Below are positions 57,430 through 64,000 of a stretch of 64,000 nucleotides of DNA, in pieces; position 1 is the first letter of the stretch; each line of letters begins with the position of its first letter. The notes beneath the pieces were generated by a model that worked only from the letters and a program-made list of their open reading frames with translations, was not told the DNA's origin and made no database searches. Position numbers and translations under genes: made by a program. This DNA is from an uncultured delta proteobacterium (GTDB lineage: Bacteria; Desulfobacterota; Binatia; UBA9968), in contig CAWFJP010000001.1 of assembly GCA_963816145.1 (NCBI GenBank), positions 352,001-416,000 of the forward strand, in the 5' to 3' direction.

Positions 57430-58166
57430 TGAAAGAGCTTCCTCGCTTCGTCTGTAATACACCCTTCGAACACTTTGTTTTTAGCGTCCCTTAATTGTTC
57501 GATTAGCGCCCAAATTTCGTTTTCTGTAGATGGCAACTCATAGGTTCGAAAAACATCTATATCGAGCACAATGGACACCACATTTGGACTAGCCGGGTCC
57601 ACAAGTGTTTCAGTAATTATAGCAGAGCCGAAAAGGTCTTCGAGCGGCATGACCAGTCTCATGAAGTATCCCGATAACCCTTGAGGTAAGTCCGGCGATA
57701 CCACTGGCACAGTACGCAAGTACTGCTCGAAGTCATTGAAAGGCACAGGAATATCAATCCGATTTACATATCGCACTGCTACACGCGTAATCTTAGAAGG
57801 TCTCGAAACCGCACGATAGATGTCCCAAAGGCGACGCGCCTCTGGACAGAAATCTTGCCAGCGCGGATATGGCGCTAAACGGCTCATAGTGAACCCATTC
57901 ATCCGAGCCTGGTGGATTTGCTTCCCGTCGCCACTGCGAAACAAAAATCCAACATGTTGCGTACTGGTGTTAGCAACTGCCTGGGGACCTAGCACCAACT
58001 TGAACTCTCCCGCGTTTACAATCTCGACAGTTGGATATGACGTTTCTTCCCCTCTCTGCACCTTCGCCAGATCAGCAACGGACACTTCCGGTGATAATTC
58101 CACGCGCAAATCGATTACTGCTTCGGTTATTGGGGCGTTAGGATAGGGCGTTTTGAAGGAAGACAT
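57426..58166 (-). CDS. TIGR04255-family protein
   Basis: NAPITEAVIDLR, YPRW..F, RVAVRYVNRI and LDIDVF..VFEGCIT match the family signature as I recall it. Confidence 0.8.
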   Translation of the reverse strand: MSSFKTPYPNAPITEAVIDLRVELSPEVSVADLAKVQRGEETSYPTVEIVNAGEFKLVLGPQAVANTSTQHVGFLFRSGDGKQIHQARMNGFTMSRLAPYPRWQDFCPEARRLWDIYRAVSRPSKITRVAVRYVNRIDIPVPFNDFEQYLRTVPVVSPDLPQGLSGYFMRLVMPLEDLFGSAIITETLVDPASPNVVSIVLDIDVFRTYELPSTENEIWALIEQLRDAKNKVFEGCITDEARKLFQ

Positions 58167-58535
58167 AGGCTTCTACACCTGTGGTTACGTTCTTATCTAA
58201 CAAGGGGAAAAAACAATGCAACAGTCGCCTTTCCGTACTCAAGTTGTGGCCCAAGTTTATATCAATCACAACGTTTGTACCAGAATCGCTTAACGACGGG
58301 CGAAGAATTTTCCCACCCCTGAGGATTATAGTCTCCCGCCTTTTGTTATGATCATCTTCCCGTTCTAGCAGTTGATCCGACCGCGTATTTGCCTGTGTCA
58401 TGCTAGCCCGACTGAAAATTTAGCCTGGTCGACTCCGATTAACTTAAGGTTCTCCACGTAAGAGTTGTACAAACGCGTTTAAAGCGAGCGTCCGCGTGCA
58501 AACGATTACAGAATCTCTTCCGAGGCCCCCAGATA

Positions 58536-59120
58536 TTAGCGCGCAAGCGGCGCGTTCCAAATCTTCAACGCCGGAGTTTCGTAGTAATAACCGAGGACAC
58601 TTAGGGTGGCGGTGTCGAGGAGCAGGCGTTCGCCCAAGCTCGGCGGCTGATCGACCCAGCGCGCAGCAATGATTCTGAGGATATGGCCGTGCGCGAATAG
58701 CGCGACGTTGCCACCCGTCGCACGGACTTTAGCGAGCACGCGATCGGCGCGGAGGGCAACCTGCTCCGGCGTTTCGCCCCCGGGACAACCATCGTGAAAA
58801 ACCGACCAACCCGGTCTTGCGAGCTGAATCTGTTTGGTCGTGAGCCCCTCGTATTCGCCGTAGCGCCATTCCATCAAGTCCGGGTCGACAACGGCAGACT
58901 CTTGAATTCCCGCCAACTCGCAAGTCTCGCGCGCTCGCTGGAGCGGACTGCAGAGGACCAACACGAATTTCTCCCGCGCCAACACCGGCTGCAACGATCG
59001 CGCGGTTTTTCGCCCCTGCTCGGTAAGCGGCACATCGGTGACACCGGTGTGCTTGCCACTGCGGCTCCATTCGGTTTCACCGTGGCGGATCAGATAAACT
59101 TTTTGCGCTTCATCAGCCAT
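58536..59120 (-). CDS. Histidine phosphatase (phosphoglycerate mutase family)
   Basis: LIRHGETEWS, SPLQRARET, EWRYGEYEG and FAHGH motifs. Confidence 0.93.
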   Translation of the reverse strand: MADEAQKVYLIRHGETEWSRSGKHTGVTDVPLTEQGRKTARSLQPVLAREKFVLVLCSPLQRARETCELAGIQESAVVDPDLMEWRYGEYEGLTTKQIQLARPGWSVFHDGCPGGETPEQVALRADRVLAKVRATGGNVALFAHGHILRIIAARWVDQPPSLGERLLLDTATLSVLGYYYETPALKIWNAPLAR

Positions 59121-59201
59121 CGCTCAAATGGTACTGCTGTCGTTTAACCTAACCTTGTCAGCGCAAATTGTGCGGTCAGCTGACGCCACGCCACCACCCC
59201 A

Positions 59202-59318
59202 GGGCGTATCGCAATACGCCCCTACATTCGGTCTTCCTCATGGATTTTTTTGCGGTCCTTTGCGGCCAATCCCCCTCCTTCATCCTCCCCCGCTTACGGG
59301 GGAGGAAAGAGGTGGGGG
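59202..59318. repeat. Composite repeat: GTAG-footed REP + TTTGCG half-repeat + family-A palindrome
   Basis: gggcgtatcgcaatacgcccctac; ttttgcggtcctttgcgg; cctcccccgcttacgggggagg. Confidence 0.75.
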
Positions 59319-59346
59319 CAGTGCTCTGTGGAGAATTCCGCTCCGA

Positions 59347-60780
59347 TTATTTCCCGCCAACTTTCTCATTTAGAAACTCCTGCCAGTCGCCGGCGACTTT
59401 GTCTTTCAGCTCCCGGCTATGGCCGCTCGACTTGGGGAACTTGTCGCGCCACTCATAGGGCCGCGTCGCGTCGATGATGGCGCGCGAATTGAAGCCTTTT
59501 TCGCCAACCGGAATGCGCGGATCGAGCGGGCCGCTCCAGCAGCGGCGCAATATTTCGATGGAATCCACCGGCTCGGAGCGCGAGCTGATCGCCCAGATCA
59601 CTTCTTCAGTGTTGGTGATGTCGATGTCGTCGTCGACGACGATGACGTAGCGGCCGAGATAAGCGCCCGAGCGGCACTGGCTCGCGATCATCGCCGCCTG
59701 TCGCGCGTGCCCGGGATAGCGCTGCTTGATCGCCAGTACCGTCATGAAACGGCCGCCTGAGGGATGCGACCACACCGCCTGCACGTCGGGCACGCCGGCT
59801 TCGTCGAGAGCGTTCCAGATCAACGCCGAGAGCATTAAAGAAAAATGCAAATTGTCGCCGCTCGACGGTTTCAATAACGGAAAACCGCACAGGATCGGAT
59901 CGTTGCGGTGATAGACCGCTTTGATGCGGATCACCGGCACCGCCGGTTGGTTGCTAGCGTAGTAACCGGTCCACTCGCCAAACGGCCCTTCGGGCATAAA
60001 ATCATTGGGCGCCACTTCGCCCTCGATGGCAATTTCGGAATCGGCCGGGATCGGCAATCCGGTGAGCGGCCCTTCGACGATGTCATGGGGATGGCCGATG
60101 ATACCGCCGGCATAAGCGTATTCGTTCACCCGGTACGGAACGTCGGTCGACGCAACGAGAAAATTAAGCGGATGATGGCCGAAGGACACCGCGATGGGGA
60201 GAGGCTTGCCGTCGGCGTGGGATTTATCGCGATGCACCCGGCCATGCTTGCCCGGCGACATATGCAATCCCATGTGATCGCGGCCGTGGATCATGATCCG
60301 ATAGGTGCCGACATTTACCCATCCCTCTTCGGGATCGCGGGTGACGACCAAATCGTCGGTGCCGATGTAGCGGCCACCGTCGAGCTCGTGCCATTGCGGC
60401 ACGGGGAATTTGAACAGATCGATGTCTGCGCCCCGCTGAACATTATCGAACAGCGGCGCGCTCTTGACTTTGCGCGGCTCGATGGGCTGGATCTTTTTTA
60501 CCTGCTGGCGCCACCGCTGGACGAAGTCGAAAGGGCCGAGCTTTGGATCGATGCCCAGGGTCAGCGCCAGCCGTTGCAGCGACGACAGCAAATTGACCGC
60601 CACCCGATGACCGGCCGGATACTCTTTGATCTTGTCGAAGACAATCGCCGGGCGGGTCTTCGAACGCTCGTTGATCAGTTCCGTCAGCGTCGACAACTCC
60701 AGTTTCCAATGGGCGTTGTCGACGGTCATCAACTGACCGAGTTTATCGACATCGTCTAACCAAGTGCGCAGATCAGGCAT
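59347..60780 (-). CDS. UbiD-family prFMN-dependent decarboxylase
   Basis: DGGRYI, NVGTYR, EGPFGEWTGYY, VVDDDID and IIDAT motifs. Confidence 0.93.
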   Translation of the reverse strand: MPDLRTWLDDVDKLGQLMTVDNAHWKLELSTLTELINERSKTRPAIVFDKIKEYPAGHRVAVNLLSSLQRLALTLGIDPKLGPFDFVQRWRQQVKKIQPIEPRKVKSAPLFDNVQRGADIDLFKFPVPQWHELDGGRYIGTDDLVVTRDPEEGWVNVGTYRIMIHGRDHMGLHMSPGKHGRVHRDKSHADGKPLPIAVSFGHHPLNFLVASTDVPYRVNEYAYAGGIIGHPHDIVEGPLTGLPIPADSEIAIEGEVAPNDFMPEGPFGEWTGYYASNQPAVPVIRIKAVYHRNDPILCGFPLLKPSSGDNLHFSLMLSALIWNALDEAGVPDVQAVWSHPSGGRFMTVLAIKQRYPGHARQAAMIASQCRSGAYLGRYVIVVDDDIDITNTEEVIWAISSRSEPVDSIEILRRCWSGPLDPRIPVGEKGFNSRAIIDATRPYEWRDKFPKSSGHSRELKDKVAGDWQEFLNEKVGGK

Positions 60781-60818
60781 ATGATTTTTTCGCTTTCTGT
60801 TGAGTTGCTTAAGTAAAA

Positions 60819-60947
60819 GGTTCCAATCGTTCCAATCGTTCCACCGCTACGCTCCGTTCCATCCCCCTCCTTCATCCTCCCCCGCGACACGGGGGAGGAG
60901 CAGAGGTGGGGGATGAAACTTTTGGAACAGTTGGAACGACATGGAAC
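60819..60947. repeat. Composite: family-E arms enclosing a family-A palindrome
   Basis: Largely the reverse complement of 62058-62185. Confidence 0.78.
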
Positions 60948-62045
60948 CTAATTCCTCGGAGGAACCGGCACCGCCGGCACCGACATCGATCTCAATGACA
61001 CGTCCGGCTCCTCGCGGTAATGGCCGAAGGCGCTGACGATCGGCGCATCGTTGACTGAGAACAGTAATGCTTCTTCAGTTTTGGAACGATTGATATGCTC
61101 GTGCCAGGCCCAGTTGGGCACGACGAAGCAATCGTTCTTGGTCCATTCGAGCGCCTTATCGCCAACGATCGTTGTGCCTTCGCCGCCGGCGACGAAGTAA
61201 ACCGCGCTCGAAGTATGGCGATGTTTTTTCGTATGCTCGCCCGGTCGCAGGAGTTGAATCCAGCAGCTGAGCGTCGGCAAAGTCGGCCCGCCGGTGATCG
61301 GATTGACGTACTCCAGCGCCAGGCCATCGTAGGGACTGCCGGACTGGTCCGCCAGTGCGCGCAGCTGCGGCTCGATATCTTTCCAGCGGTAGCGCAGTGG
61401 TAGGTTTTCCTTTTGCGGATTCTCCCACGCCGGCCGCACCAGACCGGCGCGTTGTTGCAAGTGTTCGCTCGCTTTGGCGCGCACCGCTTGCACCTTGTCG
61501 CCGGGATAGGGTTCATAAAACGGCTGGTTGAGCCCGAGCATGAACGGCACGTCGAGCACGTCGACCCACATTGCGGTTTCCTGGGTCGGGTTCTGATGAT
61601 CGTGCCAGGTCCACTGCGGCGTCAGAATCAGATCATTGGGCTCCATCGGACACTTCTCGCCATTGACCACGGTAAAAACCTTGCCGTCACCCTTGACGAC
61701 GAAACGCACCGCCGCCAGAGTATGGCGATGCGCCCAGGCGATCTCGCCGGCCTTGATCATCTGAATGCCCATGAGCAGCGTGTGCGTCGTCCCGCCCATC
61801 GGCACACCGGGATTGTTGAACAACAAACTGCGGCGCGCCGTGAAGCTTTCTTCGAGCACATCGCAGGCTTCAAGCAGTTTTTCGTTAACCAACTTCCACG
61901 GCCAAATGTAGGCCTCACCGCGCGGCTTGGGACCACCGATGCATTGCGTCAACAACGGCTCGTATTGCCACTGGCCGGTGATAAATAACTGCTTTAGCTC
62001 GGCGTCGAATTGTTCTAATGTTTTTTTGGCTTCAACTTTGGCCAT
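60948..62045 (-). CDS. Bicupin dioxygenase (gentisate/1-hydroxy-2-naphthoate 1,2-dioxygenase family)
   Basis: RR.L...NPG, AHRH, WTWHDH, YVNPITGG, HRHTSS and WAWHEH motifs. Confidence 0.9.
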   Translation of the reverse strand: MAKVEAKKTLEQFDAELKQLFITGQWQYEPLLTQCIGGPKPRGEAYIWPWKLVNEKLLEACDVLEESFTARRSLLFNNPGVPMGGTTHTLLMGIQMIKAGEIAWAHRHTLAAVRFVVKGDGKVFTVVNGEKCPMEPNDLILTPQWTWHDHQNPTQETAMWVDVLDVPFMLGLNQPFYEPYPGDKVQAVRAKASEHLQQRAGLVRPAWENPQKENLPLRYRWKDIEPQLRALADQSGSPYDGLALEYVNPITGGPTLPTLSCWIQLLRPGEHTKKHRHTSSAVYFVAGGEGTTIVGDKALEWTKNDCFVVPNWAWHEHINRSKTEEALLFSVNDAPIVSAFGHYREEPDVSLRSMSVPAVPVPPRN

Positions 62046-62057
62046 GATTCCTCCTTG

Positions 62058-62185
62058 GGTTCCAATCGTTCCAGCCGTTGCAAAAGTTTCAACCCCCTCC
62101 TTCATCCTCCCCCGCGTCGCGGGGGAGGAAAGAGGTGGGGGATGGAACGGAGCGAAGCGATGGAACGGCTGGAACGGTTGGAACC
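62058..62185. repeat. Composite: family-E arms enclosing a family-A palindrome
   Basis: Inverted counterpart of 60819-60947. Confidence 0.78.
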
Positions 62186-62198
62186 GCTCGGCAACGAA

Positions 62199-62897
62199 TC
62201 AGCGATTCGTTGTGGAGCGTCTCACCCCTTCATAGTAGAATCCATCGAAATAAATCTGCCACGCCATCATCGACTCTTCCGCCGCGCGCAGCGCCGCCTG
62301 CTTCTCGGCATCGCTGGTCAAGTATTTTTCGAGCAGCTTGAGCGAGCCGTCGCCATGGATCTGATCGACGGAATCATGCATCCACCAGAATTCAGTATCT
62401 TCCTTCGACAAACCCAACTGGCGGGTCCAATATTCGGCTTGATTGTGCGAGAAGTTGCCGCAGTTGGGGTTATTCGTCCGTTCAAGCACCGACTTTGCCG
62501 CGAGGCCCTCGTACCAAGTGCGATTCTTGGTAAGGTTCTCCCAACAGTGCATCGCAACAACAGTCGTAGGTAACGGTGTCGCGCTAACGATCTGATCACG
62601 CGTGAGTCCCAATGCCACACCCATGCGTGCGAGAATTTCGAAATGGGAGTGCCCCTCCTGCGCCTCTTCTTCGTAAAGGTTTTCCGCAACCACAAACTTG
62701 CGCACTTCGACGATCGGACAATTACCGACCACGTGAGCCCAGCATTGGCGGCTGTGGCGCGTAAAGCTCGACCATTGTTCGATTAACACCCGTGCCGCAT
62801 CTTTGGTCAGATCGTTTTTGGAAAATCTCACCCACTCCAGTCGCTTGTCACAATCGGCGACGATCTTGTCCATGGCCGCGGCAAAAACTGAACTCAT
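62199..62897 (-). CDS. Heme-oxygenase-like diiron (CADD/PqqC/TenA-like) redox enzyme
   Basis: ENLYEEE-x4-SH, LE and FWWMHDSVDQIH ligand pattern; GGAGG RBS before ATG 62897. Confidence 0.85.
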   Translation of the reverse strand: MSSVFAAAMDKIVADCDKRLEWVRFSKNDLTKDAARVLIEQWSSFTRHSRQCWAHVVGNCPIVEVRKFVVAENLYEEEAQEGHSHFEILARMGVALGLTRDQIVSATPLPTTVVAMHCWENLTKNRTWYEGLAAKSVLERTNNPNCGNFSHNQAEYWTRQLGLSKEDTEFWWMHDSVDQIHGDGSLKLLEKYLTSDAEKQAALRAAEESMMAWQIYFDGFYYEGVRRSTTNR

Positions 62898-62910
62898 GCA
62901 AAACCTCCCA

Positions 62911-63149
62911 CGCGGATCGAACTCAACGATCCTCGGCTCTGAGCCGAGGGGTTCTAAATTTGTCGGCTGAAAGTCGGCATTTCTTTCCGTCATTCCGGCG
63001 CAGAGCCTGCCCCGGACTCGATCCGGGGCCGGAATCCAGGTTTTCTTTGACCTTGCAGCGATCCCGAAGATGGATGCCGGCCTGCGCCGGCATGACGAAT
63101 CTTCACTTCGCCTCAAAACGAGGAATTTCAACCACCCCCGAGATGGACA
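62911..63149. mobile_element. Probable degenerate non-autonomous element containing a family-D REP doublet with a nested hairpin
   Basis: Hairpin at 62931-62949; REP units at 62989-63039 and 63071-63096; one TGT-type end (..ATGGACA, 63149); the other end is not clearly matched. Confidence 0.45.
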
Positions 63150-63155
63150 TTCATT

Positions 63156-63207
63156 GATGGAGTGTTGGGTACCGAAACCCAACACTCCATTACTCCATCA
63201 CTCCAGT
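63156..63207. repeat. Inverted ACTCCAT 7-mer arrays
   Basis: gatggagtgttggg ... cccaacactccattactccatcactcca. Confidence 0.6.
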
Positions 63208-63209
63208 TG

Positions 63210-64000
63210 TCAGAATCCTCGCAAATTCACGCCCAGTCCTTCGCCCTCGGGCACGGTGAGAATGCCTTTGGTGACGGCGAGGCCGAAGAACGGGTCGCCG
63301 GTGATTACCTCGAACTCGCCCAATTCGCAGAGCGGCGCGATGCCAGGCGTGCTCACCGCCAGATGGAGCGCCGCCGCGTCACCGACCACACTGCCCGCAG
63401 TGTTGGATAACGCGCAGCGAATGCCGTTGGCTTCGCACAGTTCGGCGATGCGCCGCACTTCGCCGATGCTGCCGACTTTGGGGATGCCGGTGTTGATCGA
63501 GTCGACCATGCGGTTCTTGATCAGCATTTGCGCGTCGGCAAAGTTGCGGCAGGACTGATCCGCTTCGATCTTGATCGGCGCGTGCTTTTTGACTTCCCAT
63601 AACGCGTCGAATTGATCTCGCGGCACCGGCTGTTCGAACACTTCGACGCCAAGATCGGCTAAAGCTTTGGCCAGGCGGATGGCGTTCTTGGCATCGTAGG
63701 CTTCATTGGCGTCGATCTTGATGAAGACATCGTCGCCGACCGCCTTGCGCACCGCCGCGACCCGCGGCAGATCTTTCTCGATCCGGCCGCTGACCTTGAG
63801 CTTCAACGACAGACCTTCGGCGACCAATCCTTTCGCTTCCGCCGCCATCGCCTCGGGATCGCCGACGCTGACCATCTTTATGACGCGAATCTCGCTGCGG
63901 CACTTGCCGCCAAGCATCACCGAGAGCGGTATGTGATAGCTGCGCGCGAGGGCATCGTACATGGCGCCTTCCAATGCCGACTTCGCCCGCGGATGACCGG
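63210..64000 (-). CDS. Mandelate racemase/muconate cycloisomerase (enolase superfamily) protein; 5'-partial
   Basis: KLK, DANE, EQP and EADQS motifs; the frame stays open to the window edge. Confidence 0.9.
   Translation of the reverse strand, partial: GHPRAKSALEGAMYDALARSYHIPLSVMLGGKCRSEIRVIKMVSVGDPEAMAAEAKGLVAEGLSLKLKVSGRIEKDLPRVAAVRKAVGDDVFIKIDANEAYDAKNAIRLAKALADLGVEVFEQPVPRDQFDALWEVKKHAPIKIEADQSCRNFADAQMLIKNRMVDSINTGIPKVGSIGEVRRIAELCEANGIRCALSNTAGSVVGDAAALHLAVSTPGIAPLCELGEFEVITGDPFFGLAVTKGILTVPEGEGLGVNLRGF

Noticed and set aside
58138-58401. 87-aa ORF as a fourth gene of the cassette
   Set aside because: It overlaps the TIGR04255 start by 29 nt, spans its likely promoter region and has no motif; not excluded, but unsupported.
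55897-58473. GTTGTACAAA direct repeat as att sites or TSD of the TIGR04255 island
   Set aside because: It is only 10 bp, the left copy is the likely -10 box of the neighbouring gene, and no integrase or tRNA is present.
9158-62185. Recurrent palindromes and 9-mer arrays as a CRISPR array
   Set aside because: Copies are dispersed one or two per intergenic gap, with no regular repeat-spacer periodicity and no cas genes.
63119-63140. GGTTGAAATTCCT (minus strand) as an IS91/ISCR oriIS
   Set aside because: The resemblance is partial, and there is no room for or trace of a rolling-circle transposase on the expected side.
62898-63185. N-terminal extensions in the ORF track (also 16588..16848, 28028..28090, 62046..62105)
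   Set aside because: They are translations of intergenic repeat DNA; in most cases an RBS supports the downstream start.

Overview
This is a GC-rich bacterial genomic window, probably from a soil or sediment metagenome-assembled genome. The gene content resembles Candidatus Binatia/Binatota-type genomes, but that assignment is inference. It holds about 55 genes, mostly stand-alone solute-binding proteins (14) and small-molecule catabolic enzymes: amidohydrolases, alpha/beta hydrolases, LLM monooxygenases, VOC, MBL, OCD/mu-crystallin, M24-fold, UbiD, cupin, CADD-like and enolase families. There is only one ABC permease/ATPase pair, and I recognise no transcription factor, rRNA, tRNA, CRISPR array or transposase. 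Seven genes are broken by 1-2 nt indels, most likely long-read errors. Highlights: (1) an AT-richer, translationally coupled three-gene cassette at 56603-58166 (TIGR04255-family protein, ~100-aa orphan, 172-aa QGD/QSCD protein) that looks like an uncharacterised tripartite toxin-antitoxin or defence module; (2) nested intergenic elements, in which MITEs with three different IS-like end types carry REP-like doublets, and two 132-bp copies have inserted into other palindromic repeats with clean 3-bp target duplications; (3) a duplicated binding protein + OCD + M24-fold locus whose M24 proteins have replaced most metal ligands; (4) an orphan GrdE-like protein lacking the Cys at its processing site.
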